From an uncultured Eubacterium sp. (GTDB taxonomy: Bacteria > Bacillota > Clostridia > Lachnospirales > Lachnospiraceae): a stretch of DNA of 64,000 bases. The notes beneath the pieces were generated by a model. It had not been told where the DNA came from. It did no database searches and saw only the letters and a program-made list of their open reading frames with translations. Location: contig CAUCXT010000004.1 of the NCBI GenBank assembly GCA_958446835.1, forward strand, positions 11,770 through 75,769, in the 5' to 3' direction. The translations under genes and the position numbers were made by a program. Shown one piece after another: positions 40,489 through 48,953 of the stretch; the first letter of the stretch is position 1, and every line of letters starts with the position of its first letter.

Positions 40489-40490
40489 AA

Positions 40491-40526
40491 ACCAAAAAAC
40501 CGGTATGTCACAGCAACATACCGGTT
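40491..40526 (-). terminator. Rho-independent terminator after the U32 peptidase gene
   Basis: Stem AACCGGTATG / CATACCGGTT (10 bp) with a 9-nt loop. UUUUUUGGUUUG follows on the minus-strand RNA. Preceded by a second hairpin CAGGAC-GGAC-GTCCTG at 40535..40550. Confidence 0.75.
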
Positions 40527-40557
40527 ATATTGTGCAGGACGGACGTCCTGTTTCGGA

Positions 40558-41787
40558 CTATTCTTCCCTGCGTCTTAAAATATCATATTTATCAAGCTCT
40601 GTTCCAAGATCGATGTAGAGAAGCTCCTTAGGGTGTGGTGCACTCTCACGCTCATTTCCCTCAGCATCCTTAATGCGGCACACCTTAACAACAAGGTTTC
40701 TTCCGTCCGGCTTCATAACCTCAATCTCTTCACCGACACTGAACTTGTTTCTCTGCTCTATAGCATACATGCCTTCTGCGTTCTTATCGCCTACGATTCC
40801 GAGATATGTATACTCTCTCATATACACATTGGAATCATATATCTGGGTATTATGGTCAGGCTTTCCGAAGAAAAATCCGGTTGTATACTGCCTGTAGGTG
40901 CACTTAGCAATCTCCTCCTTGTACACAGGAATCCTGCTTGTGTACAGCTCCTCCGACTTCGCATAATCATCAATAGCCATTCTGTAGGTTCTTGCGACTG
41001 TCGCAACGTACAGAGCCGTCTTCATTCTTCCTTCAACCTTAAGGCTGTCGATTCCGGACTCAACCAGCTCCGGGATATGCTCTATCATACACAAATCCTT
41101 GGAATTGAAGATATATGTTCCTCTCTCATTCTCATATACCGGCATGTACTCTCCGGGTCTTGTCTCCTCAACAACCGCATACTTCCAACGGCATGGGTGA
41201 GTACACTCGCCCTGATTGGCATCCCTTCCTGTCAAAAAGCTGCTCAGCAGGCATCTTCCCGAATACGATATACACATTGCACCATGTACAAATGTCTCTA
41301 TCTCAAGATCATCCGGAATATGCTCACGAATCTCTTTAATCTCGGCAAGTGATAATTCTCTTGCGGTCACCACTCTCTTAGCTCCCAGCTTATGCCAGAA
41401 ATTATATGTTCCATAGTTGGTATTATTAGCCTGTGTGCTTACATGAAGCTCCATTTCAGGAAGTACTTCCTGCGCTATTGTAAATATAGCCGGGTCGGAA
41501 ATGATAAGTGCATCGGGATGGACCTTCTCTCCCAGCTCCTTAAAATACTCCCTTGCCCCCTCCAAGTCTCTGTTATGTGCAAGGATATTTGCTGTGACAT
41601 AGACCTTTACACCATGCTCATGTGCAAAGCTTACGCCCTCCGCCATCTCATCAATTGTAAAATTCTTAGCCTTTGCTCGGAGTCCAAATGCCTCTCCGCC
41701 AATATAAACCGCATCGGCACCATATATAACGGCAGTCCTAAGTACCTCAAGACTGCTCGCCGGTATCAACAATTCAGGTAATTTCAT
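40558..41787 (-). CDS. Peptidase U32-family protein (YrrN/YrrO, TrhP-like; candidate tRNA U34 5-hydroxylation factor)
   Basis: ORF trimmed to ATG 41787 (MKLPELLIPASSLEVL) with GAGGAA RBS. U32 core (AVIYGADAVYIGG...VKVYVTANI). Cys cluster (CISYSGRC, CTHPCRW). 409 aa. Confidence 0.8.
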   Translation of the reverse strand: MKLPELLIPASSLEVLRTAVIYGADAVYIGGEAFGLRAKAKNFTIDEMAEGVSFAHEHGVKVYVTANILAHNRDLEGAREYFKELGEKVHPDALIISDPAIFTIAQEVLPEMELHVSTQANNTNYGTYNFWHKLGAKRVVTARELSLAEIKEIREHIPDDLEIETFVHGAMCISYSGRCLLSSFLTGRDANQGECTHPCRWKYAVVEETRPGEYMPVYENERGTYIFNSKDLCMIEHIPELVESGIDSLKVEGRMKTALYVATVARTYRMAIDDYAKSEELYTSRIPVYKEEIAKCTYRQYTTGFFFGKPDHNTQIYDSNVYMREYTYLGIVGDKNAEGMYAIEQRNKFSVGEEIEVMKPDGRNLVVKVCRIKDAEGNERESAPHPKELLYIDLGTELDKYDILRRREE

Positions 41788-41795
41788 TGTATTCC

Positions 41796-42443
41796 TCATT
41801 TCTGTTTTTTCACGCTAAATGTTATCCCATCACCAAGGGGTATAACACTTGTCACCAGTTCGTCGCAATGCGTCACCGTATAAAGGTATTCTCTCATGCG
41901 CGAATGGATAGTTCTGTCACGCCTGCATACGGCAAAGCGCGACTGCACAAGATCTCCCTCCTGCAAAACATTGTCCGTTATAAGTATTCCGCCCGGTGAT
42001 AACAGCCTCAATATATCCGGCAAAATAACAATATACTGTGCCTTTGCCGCATCCATAAATATAAAGTCATACGATCCGGTAAGTGTTTTTAATATTTCAC
42101 CGGCATCCCCCTCTAAAAGAGTTATCACGTTCTCTTTTCCGGCTCTTTTTATATTCTCCTTAGCCTTGACAATGCGCTTGTCATAGTTCTCAATCGTGGT
42201 AATCTTCGCGTCTGCGTCAATATTCTCGCTCATAAGGATGGAGGAATATCCGACAGCTGCACCTACTTCAAGAATATTCTTCGGGTGTTTTTCAGCCAGA
42301 ATAGTCTTAAGAAAGCATCCCATCTCCTTGCGGATAATCGGGACACCTTCCGACAAAGCCTCTCGTTCAATCTGCATGCAGATATCACTGTCATTTCCGG
42401 CAAGAGAATGTATATACGATGTTATTCTGTCATCTGTAATCAC
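41796..42443 (-). CDS. Class I SAM-dependent O-methyltransferase (YrrM/TrmR-like; candidate tRNA ho5U to mo5U methyltransferase)
   Basis: 215 aa. SAM-binding ILEVGAAVGYSS. Cation-dependent OMT fold (DFIFMDAAKAQY). Immediately upstream of the U32 gene, as in the B. subtilis yrrM-yrrN-yrrO arrangement. Confidence 0.7.
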   Translation of the reverse strand: MITDDRITSYIHSLAGNDSDICMQIEREALSEGVPIIRKEMGCFLKTILAEKHPKNILEVGAAVGYSSILMSENIDADAKITTIENYDKRIVKAKENIKRAGKENVITLLEGDAGEILKTLTGSYDFIFMDAAKAQYIVILPDILRLLSPGGILITDNVLQEGDLVQSRFAVCRRDRTIHSRMREYLYTVTHCDELVTSVIPLGDGITFSVKKQK

Positions 42444-42838
42444 TTCGTCTCCTTCTCTGCCGCCTCTGCACGGCTCTGCTCGGTAATCGCCGCCATAATT
42501 TCCGTAGGCTTCATTCCCGTATTGAGTTCGAATGTGCCTCCCACGAAATATTTACTGTAATTAGACAGTGCAGCCTGAATTCTGAAAAGCAGTGTTCCGT
42601 CAATAAGTTCTGCCTTGTCAAGTGCCTGTGCCACATCCTCAATTGACGGATTATCCGGTATAGTAACCGTTTTCGTCCTTGCCATCGAAGGATCGCTCAT
42701 GGATGACTCATTAAAAACAGACACACCGAACCTGAACGCAGCACCGCCCGCGTAATAGATGAGAATTACTACAAGTGCAAATATTATCATCTTATATGAA
42801 ATTGTGATTACCGTTTTGACTGCATTTCTAGTCTCCAT
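42440..42838 (-). CDS. Membrane-anchored protein made only of the MltG/YceG N-terminal domain (truncated MltG-like)
   Basis: 132 aa. TM helix (MIIFALVVILIYYAGGAAF) followed by TVTIPDNPSIEDVAQALDKAELIDGTLLFRIQAALSNYSKYFVGGTFELNTGMKPTEIMAAI. This matches the N-terminal YceG-like domain of MltG. No room for the catalytic domain before the next gene. Confidence 0.4.
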   Translation of the reverse strand: METRNAVKTVITISYKMIIFALVVILIYYAGGAAFRFGVSVFNESSMSDPSMARTKTVTIPDNPSIEDVAQALDKAELIDGTLLFRIQAALSNYSKYFVGGTFELNTGMKPTEIMAAITEQSRAEAAEKETK

Positions 42839-42845
42839 ATAAACC

Positions 42846-43217
42846 TCACCTCAGAAAATCTATATCCAGCTCTACCTTATCCGATATTGTCCTTGTTATA
42901 TCCTGAAGCATTCTGCAGACAGACAGCTCAGCCTTAAGGAACTGATTAACCAGAGCATTCTTCCTTATAGCGGAATTCTCCATCTGAAATCTCATTACTT
43001 CGTCAAACATATTATCGTTGACATCCATATTCTGAAGTTCAAAATTGCGCTTTCTGTAGTCCCCTACGCGCTCATACAATTCAGGCTGCTCCTTTATCTT
43101 TGCAAGGCACTCCAAATACTCCCTGTATTCTTCACTCGCGAGTATTGCCTGCACCAGTTCCTCAGTCTTTATATCTATCGAACTATTGTCAACAGTTCTG
43201 TTTCTGCTGTCACCCAA
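42846..43217 (-). CDS. YlbF/YmcA-family regulatory protein
   Basis: 123 aa, helical, with an AILASEEYREY..ELQ pattern. Directly downstream of rnj, consistent with the RNase-associated YlbF/YmcA family. Confidence 0.5.
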   Translation of the reverse strand: MGDSRNRTVDNSSIDIKTEELVQAILASEEYREYLECLAKIKEQPELYERVGDYRKRNFELQNMDVNDNMFDEVMRFQMENSAIRKNALVNQFLKAELSVCRMLQDITRTISDKVELDIDFLR

Positions 43218-44885
43218 TTATGACACCTCCATGATGATAGGTAAAATCATAGGATTTCTCTTCATCTTCTTCCAAAGATAATCGCTGAGATCATCCCTGA
43301 TTATGTTCTTTATCTTTCCCCAGTCGCTTATATTGCGCTCGAGGCATCTGTCAACGGACTCACGCACAACGCTGGTTGCGTCCTCAAGCAGTGTCTCAGA
43401 CTCCCTCACATATACAAAGCCTCTTGTCACTATATCAGGTCCCGCAAGAAGCTCATTGGTGTACTTCTCAAGTGTAAGAACAACTATTATGATACCATTC
43501 TCAGCCAGATTCTGTCTGTCGCGGAGCACGATGTTTCCCACGTCACCTACACCAAGACCATCAACAAGAAGGCTTCCCGCAGTGACTGTGCCTGTCTTTC
43601 CTGCACTCTCCGCTCCAAGCTCAAGGACATCACCCGATGAGAGAATAAATACGTTCTCCTTAGGGATACCCATGGATACAGCTAAGTCCGCATGTGCCTT
43701 GAGATGTCTGTACTCACCATGTACTGGTATTGCATACTTAGGCTTTACTATTGAATACATGAGCTTAATCTCTTCCTGCGAAGCATGTCCTGATACATGT
43801 GTATCCTGAAAGATAACCTTGGCACCCTTCATGGATAGCTCATTTATAACCCTGGCAACCGATTTCTCATTGCCCGGAATAGGTGTGGCGCTCAGGATAA
43901 TAACATCACCCGGCTTGATTGTAACCTTCTTGTGAATCGAAGCCGCCATTCTTGAAAGTGCAGCCATCGACTCTCCCTGACTTCCGGTTGTGATAATCAC
44001 TGTCTGGCTGTCCGTATAATTTTTAAGCTCATCAGTCTCAACAAGCATTCCTTCCGGAATATCTAGATATCCTAATTCACTAGCCACATTGATTATATTC
44101 ACCATACTTCTGCCCTCAACGGCAACCTTGCGGTTATACTTAGCTGCAGAGTTGATAATCTGCTGTACTCTGTCAACATTAGAAGCAAATGTAGCTACAA
44201 TGATTCTGCTGTTCTGATTATCTGAAAATATATTATCGAAGGTCTTTCCCACTGTCTTCTCAGACATTGTATAGCCCGGACGCATGACATTGGTGCTGTC
44301 GCAGAGCATTGCAAGAACACCCTTCTTACCTATCTCACCGAATCTCTGTAAATCTATCGGTTCTCCGAATACAGGCGTGTAATCAACCTTGAAGTCTCCT
44401 GTGTGGATGATTATTCCCGCCGGAGTGTAGATTGCAAGCGCACATGCGTCCGCAATACTATGATTGATTCTTATAAATTCAATTCTGAAATCTCCAAGCA
44501 TAATATACTGTCCGTACTTTACAACCTTACGCTTGGTATTTCCCATAAGATTATGCTCCTTGAGCTTAGTCTCTATAATACCCATTGTAAGCTTGGTTGC
44601 ATATATAGGCTTATTAACCTCTTTTAAAACATAAGGGAATGCTCCGATATGATCTTCATGACCATGGGTTACGACAAATCCCTTTACCTTGTCTATATTA
44701 TCCTTTAAAAATGTAACATCAGGAATTACAAGATCAATTCCTAACATATCGTCATCAGGAAAAGACAGACCGCAGTCCACAACAATAATACTGTCTCCAT
44801 ACATGAAGGCAGTCATGTTCATTCCAATCTGCTCCAAACCGCCGAGTGGAATTATCTTAACCTTTTCAGTTGTATCCGTTTTCAA
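43218..44885 (-). CDS. rnj: Ribonuclease J
   Basis: 555 aa. Metallo-beta-lactamase motif VVTHGHEDHIG. Beta-CASP domain. C-terminal domain. N-terminus MKTDTTEKVKIIPLGGLEQIGMNMT. Confidence 0.9.
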   Translation of the reverse strand: MKTDTTEKVKIIPLGGLEQIGMNMTAFMYGDSIIVVDCGLSFPDDDMLGIDLVIPDVTFLKDNIDKVKGFVVTHGHEDHIGAFPYVLKEVNKPIYATKLTMGIIETKLKEHNLMGNTKRKVVKYGQYIMLGDFRIEFIRINHSIADACALAIYTPAGIIIHTGDFKVDYTPVFGEPIDLQRFGEIGKKGVLAMLCDSTNVMRPGYTMSEKTVGKTFDNIFSDNQNSRIIVATFASNVDRVQQIINSAAKYNRKVAVEGRSMVNIINVASELGYLDIPEGMLVETDELKNYTDSQTVIITTGSQGESMAALSRMAASIHKKVTIKPGDVIILSATPIPGNEKSVARVINELSMKGAKVIFQDTHVSGHASQEEIKLMYSIVKPKYAIPVHGEYRHLKAHADLAVSMGIPKENVFILSSGDVLELGAESAGKTGTVTAGSLLVDGLGVGDVGNIVLRDRQNLAENGIIIVVLTLEKYTNELLAGPDIVTRGFVYVRESETLLEDATSVVRESVDRCLERNISDWGKIKNIIRDDLSDYLWKKMKRNPMILPIIMEVS

Positions 44886-44913
44886 AAAAACACCTCCAAA
44901 AATTCACGCTCTT

Positions 44914-45204
44914 CTATTCTTCTTCATCATCCAAAAGCTGCTCAAATATCTTGAAAACAGCGTCAAGTTCTTCCTCATCATCCACGAACTCATATAATGC
45001 TTCCTCAGACTCCGGTGCAGCTGTATCCTTAAGGATAAATACTGCCTCGCTGTCATCGTCATCATTCTCACTATCATATATGGTAGTATCGTCTGTAGTC
45101 ACCAAAATATAGTCTGCACCATTAACTCTTGTAGACTCAATTATCTCAAATTCTACCTCTTTTCCATCATCTGTCTGAAATACAAGCTTTTCTGTATCTG
45201 CCAT
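44914..45204 (-). CDS. DUF1292-family protein (YrzB-like)
   Basis: 96 aa, acidic. Conserved synteny downstream of ruvX, as in the B. subtilis yrzL-yrrK-yrzB order. Confidence 0.6.
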   Translation of the reverse strand: MADTEKLVFQTDDGKEVEFEIIESTRVNGADYILVTTDDTTIYDSENDDDDSEAVFILKDTAAPESEEALYEFVDDEEELDAVFKIFEQLLDDEEE

Positions 45205-45207
45205 GTT

Positions 45208-45654
45208 CTAATTCTCCTGTTCCTGTTTTTTCTTAAATGCAAGACTGTCAAGATATCCCTGAAGGATAAACTGTGCCGCCAACATGTCAACGTATTCTTT
45301 TCTGTTTTCCCTGCGGATTCCCGCCTCCATCATAGTACGGTCAGCCGCAACAGTTGTGAGTCTCTCATCCCACATAACAACCTCAAGTCCAAGGCGGCGT
45401 TCAAGCTTTTCCTTAAACTCCATGGTACTCTCTACACGAATTCCTTCTGAATTATTCATATGCTTAGGAAGTCCAAGTACAATAAGAGAAATATCGTACT
45501 CCTCAACCAGCTCCTCTATGCGTGCCAATGTCTGGCGGAGCTTATTTTCTTCCTTTCTGCGGATAATCTCCACTCCCTGGGCAGTAAGCATAAGCGGGTC
45601 GCTCACTGCAATGCCCACTGTCTTTGTTCCATAATCCAATCCCAATATTCTCAT
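45208..45654 (-). CDS. ruvX: Putative pre-16S rRNA nuclease / Holliday-junction resolvase-like RuvX (YqgF)
   Basis: [20 protein letters not shown]-terminus. RNase H-like fold. 148 aa. Confidence 0.9.
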   Translation of the reverse strand: MRILGLDYGTKTVGIAVSDPLMLTAQGVEIIRRKEENKLRQTLARIEELVEEYDISLIVLGLPKHMNNSEGIRVESTMEFKEKLERRLGLEVVMWDERLTTVAADRTMMEAGIRRENRKEYVDMLAAQFILQGYLDSLAFKKKQEQEN

Positions 45655-45656
45655 TT

Positions 45657-45917
45657 TTACAGTCCTTTAACTGAAATATAATTTTTGAGAAGCTCCTCAA
45701 CAAGTTCATCACGCTCAACCTTCATAATAAGGCTTCTGGCATTATTATGGCTGGTAATGTATGTAGGATCACCCGACATAATATACCCTACTATCTGGTT
45801 GATAGGGTTATATCCCTTTTCGGTGAGTGCCTTACATACAGTATTAAGAATATCAGAAACCTCTATATGCTGTTCATCCGCGACTCTAAAAAATTGTGTA
45901 TTTGTCATGTCCGACAT
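45657..45917 (-). CDS. UPF0297-family protein (IreB-like)
   Basis: ORF trimmed to ATG 45917 ([10 protein letters not shown]) with AAGGA upstream. ~87 aa. Motif [25 protein letters not shown] matches UPF0297. Confidence 0.65.
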   Translation of the reverse strand: MSDMTNTQFFRVADEQHIEVSDILNTVCKALTEKGYNPINQIVGYIMSGDPTYITSHNNARSLIMKVERDELVEELLKNYISVKGL

Positions 45918-45965
45918 AATCTTCACGTCCTTTGCACTATACATTTTATCATAATATAATTTTTT

Positions 45966-47330
45966 CTAATTTGCAATAGCTACCTTGGATATTACACTAT
46001 CTTTTCCAAAAATACCCGTTATTATTACCGGTATCTCAGCATTTATTTTTATATCCTTTGCCTGTTCACAATCAAGGGAAATATATACCTTGACATATCT
46101 TTTTGTGTGTCCTACCGCATATTTTATGCCATCGCACTCAACGTATTCCTCTACTAAGACTTCCTCCGTGCTGCCTATAAAGCTCTCCCTGTATGCTCTT
46201 GAAAGCTCCTCGTCAAGTTCTATAAGCACATCGCTTCTCTCACTCTTTACGCTGTCCGGAATCTGATTTTCCATTCTGTCCGCAATAGTGCCCTTTCTCC
46301 TTGAGTACTTGAACACATGCATCTCAAAAAAATTGATTTTCTCTAGATATTTCCTTGTAATTTCGAATTCTTCATACGTTTCCCCCGGGAATCCGACTAT
46401 AACATCCGTTGTAATCGCCGGCTTATCGAAATATCTCCTGATTTTTTCAACGCCATCATAAAATTCATCGGTATCATATCTTCTGTTCATTCTCTTTAAC
46501 GTGGCATCACATCCACTCTGGAGTGACAAATGAAAATGCGGGCAGATCTGAGGTATCGCCGAAAGTCTTTCAAGAAATGTGTCCGTTATGATTCTTGGTT
46601 CAAGCGAACCGAGTCTTATTCTGTCAATTCCTTCAACCGCGGCTATCGCTTCAAGCACCTGCAAAAGTCTTTCCGCATTCGGAACAGGCTGTGCATTGTA
46701 TTCTGTGTTGTCAAAATCAAGTCCATAGGAGCTAAGATGTATTCCTGTCACAACAATCTCATGGCAGCCACTTTCTGCAAGCTTCCTCACCTCATCAATA
46801 ATATCCTCAATTTTTCTGCTTCTGACTCTTCCTCTTGCAAACGGAATAATACAGTATGTGCAGAACTGATTACAACCGTCCTGAATCTTTATATATGCCC
46901 TTGTATGTGCCAGACTGGCATTGATTTCAAGATTTTCATATTCTCTGGTTTTATTTATATCAATAAACGAATCATCTATATTTCTTCCCTTGAAATACTC
47001 GTCAAGAACCTCGACAATCTGTCCTTTCCTGTTATTTCCGACAATTATATCTACTGCCTCATCCGCCAAAAGCTTTTCACCCGCTTCCTGAACATAACAG
47101 CCTGCTGCTACAACAACCGCGTTCGGATTATCTTTTTTAGCCTTATGAAGCATCTGCCTTGACTTGCGATCCGCTATATTCGTCACCGTACATGTATTTA
47201 TAATATACACATCCGCTGTCTCGCTTCCAAATTCCACTATCTCATATCCTGCCGCTTCTAATAGCTGTCTCATGGCTTCTGTTTCGTAAGAATTCACCTT
47301 GCATCCAAGGTTATGTAATGTACATTTCAT
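45966..47330 (-). CDS. mtaB: tRNA (t6A37) methylthiotransferase MtaB (radical SAM)
   Basis: MTTase N-domain Cys (NLGCKVN, INTCTVT, AGCY). Radical-SAM CNQFCTYCIIP. No recognisable TRAM-like tail. 454 aa. Confidence 0.85.
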   Translation of the reverse strand: MKCTLHNLGCKVNSYETEAMRQLLEAAGYEIVEFGSETADVYIINTCTVTNIADRKSRQMLHKAKKDNPNAVVVAAGCYVQEAGEKLLADEAVDIIVGNNRKGQIVEVLDEYFKGRNIDDSFIDINKTREYENLEINASLAHTRAYIKIQDGCNQFCTYCIIPFARGRVRSRKIEDIIDEVRKLAESGCHEIVVTGIHLSSYGLDFDNTEYNAQPVPNAERLLQVLEAIAAVEGIDRIRLGSLEPRIITDTFLERLSAIPQICPHFHLSLQSGCDATLKRMNRRYDTDEFYDGVEKIRRYFDKPAITTDVIVGFPGETYEEFEITRKYLEKINFFEMHVFKYSRRKGTIADRMENQIPDSVKSERSDVLIELDEELSRAYRESFIGSTEEVLVEEYVECDGIKYAVGHTKRYVKVYISLDCEQAKDIKINAEIPVIITGIFGKDSVISKVAIAN

Positions 47331-47362
47331 AAAATTTAGTACCTTCTTTCTGACATTTTGTA

Positions 47363-47391
47363 TTGACTTTTTTTGTCCAAAAATGTATCAT
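47363..47391 (+). promoter_or_regulatory. SigmaA-type promoter for the HPr-like gene
   Basis: -35 TTGACT (47363..47368), 17-nt spacer, -10 TATCAT (47386..47391). GGAGG RBS at 47412. ATG at 47424. Confidence 0.5.
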
Positions 47392-47423
47392 TGAGTTAAT
47401 AAAAATTATCAGGAGGTTGTACC

Positions 47424-47654
47424 ATGAAAACAGTTCAGATTTCACTTAATTCTATCGATAAGGTTAAGTCATTTGTTAACGATATCACTAAGTTTGATGT
47501 CGATTTTGACCTTGTTTCCGGCAGATATGTTATCGATGCCAAGTCTATTATGGGTATCTTTTCCCTTGACCTTAGCAAGCCTATCGACCTGAATATTCAT
47601 GCAGAGGAGAACGTTGATACAATTCTTTCAGTTCTCGCTCCATATCTTGTGTAA
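47424..47654 (+). CDS. HPr-family (PTS phosphocarrier-like) small protein lacking the active-site His15 but keeping the Ser46 region (Crh-like)
   Basis: 76 aa. GGAGG RBS 8 nt upstream. VIDAKSIMGIFSLDLSKPIDLNIHAEE aligns with HPr NLKSIMGVMSLGIAKGAEITISASG. The position of His15 (GIH) reads SID instead. Confidence 0.65.
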   Translation: MKTVQISLNSIDKVKSFVNDITKFDVDFDLVSGRYVIDAKSIMGIFSLDLSKPIDLNIHAEENVDTILSVLAPYLV

Positions 47655-47694
47655 GCATTTTATATATACCTACATAGGATACGTGTTTTCTTTA

Positions 47695-47734
47695 TAAAGG
47701 GGGTTCCGCATTGCGGAATCCCCTTTTGAATTTA
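47695..47734 (+). terminator. Rho-independent terminator after the HPr-like gene
   Basis: Stem AAGGGGGTTCCGCA / TGCGGAATCCCCTT (about 14 bp, one G-U). UUUUGAAUUU follows on the plus strand. Confidence 0.65.
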
Positions 47735-47750
47735 CATTCAATAATAATTT

Positions 47751-48929
47751 TTATTCAACCCATATTGTCTGTGTTGTCTCTATGGCTGTCTTTACAAGCT
47801 CATCTATCTTTTCCGAAAGCTTAAGCTCCGATTTTTCAATAACCTTTTTATTAGGCTTTGTTACAGGATGCTTTGCGACAAATATCGTACAGCAATCCTC
47901 ATACGGAAGTATTGATGTCTCATACGTTCCGATTTTCTCAGATATATCTATAATCTCCTGCTTGTCAAAGCCGATGAGTGGTCTGATAACAGGAAGCTCA
48001 CACACCGCATTGGTCACAAGCAGACTGTGCATTGTCTGGCTTGCCACCTGACCGATGCTCTCACCGGTCACAAGTCCAAGGCAGTCGGACTCTTTAGCAA
48101 AATGCTCCGCAATCTTCATCATATAGCGTCTCATAATTATTGTGAGCTCGTCATGTGGGCACTTCTCATATATATACAACTGAATGTCCGTAAAATTGAC
48201 TACGTGAAGATTTATCGGACCGGAGTACTGTGTTACGATTCTTGCAAGGTCGATAACCTTCTCCTTAGCCCTCTCGCTCGTATATGGAGGTGCATGGAAG
48301 TATACAGCATCAATCTTGACACCTCGCTTTGCAACCATATATCCGGCAACCGGGCTGTCAATACCTCCGGATAACAGAAGCATTGCCTTACCGTTAGTTC
48401 CGACAGGCATGCCTCCCGGTCCCGGTATAAGCTCCGTGTAAATATTTATTCTGCTTCTTATCTCAATATTTACATAGATATCCGGATTGTGGACATCCAC
48501 CGTCATTTCCGGCATTGCCTCAAGAATTTTCTCACCCATAGCCATATTGATTCCCATGGAGTCAAGCGGATAATTCTTTCTCGCGCGTCTTGCGTTGACC
48601 TTGAATGTCATCTTCTTCCCCTTGTACATGGTTCTAAGATAGTCAACAACATCCTCTGCAAGCTTGTCGAAGCCCTCATCCTTAACCTGAAGCATAGGGC
48701 ATATCCAGAGAATACCGAACACCTTCTTAAGTGCATTTATGGCATCCTCATCATCGAACTCACTTGTTCCCTCTACATATATTCTTCCGTTCTCCTTCGT
48801 CACATCAAAGGTTCCTTCAACCTTTTTGAGAGCGTGGCGTATCTGATGAACAAGCATGTCCTCAAATATATATCTGTTCTTTCCTTTTGTACCGATTTCA
48901 CCGTACTTTATCAAAAACGCTTTGTACAT
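47751..48929 (-). CDS. thiI: tRNA uracil 4-sulfurtransferase ThiI
   Basis: THUMP domain and PP-loop (LLSGGIDSPVAGYM). 392 aa. N-terminus MYKAFLIKYGEIGTKGKNR. Confidence 0.9.
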   Translation of the reverse strand: MYKAFLIKYGEIGTKGKNRYIFEDMLVHQIRHALKKVEGTFDVTKENGRIYVEGTSEFDDEDAINALKKVFGILWICPMLQVKDEGFDKLAEDVVDYLRTMYKGKKMTFKVNARRARKNYPLDSMGINMAMGEKILEAMPEMTVDVHNPDIYVNIEIRSRINIYTELIPGPGGMPVGTNGKAMLLLSGGIDSPVAGYMVAKRGVKIDAVYFHAPPYTSERAKEKVIDLARIVTQYSGPINLHVVNFTDIQLYIYEKCPHDELTIIMRRYMMKIAEHFAKESDCLGLVTGESIGQVASQTMHSLLVTNAVCELPVIRPLIGFDKQEIIDISEKIGTYETSILPYEDCCTIFVAKHPVTKPNKKVIEKSELKLSEKIDELVKTAIETTQTIWVE

Positions 48930-48953
48930 ATTTCCTCCTTCCGCGTGTGTCTT

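Noticed and set aside
40471-40490. GGCGCGCC-ATGG-CGCGC as a cloning scar or synthetic junction
   Set aside because: It resembles AscI-NcoI-AscI restriction sites, which is why it was noticed. The flanking sequence is contiguous native intergenic DNA with a matching terminator and gene context, so a natural palindrome is the simpler reading.
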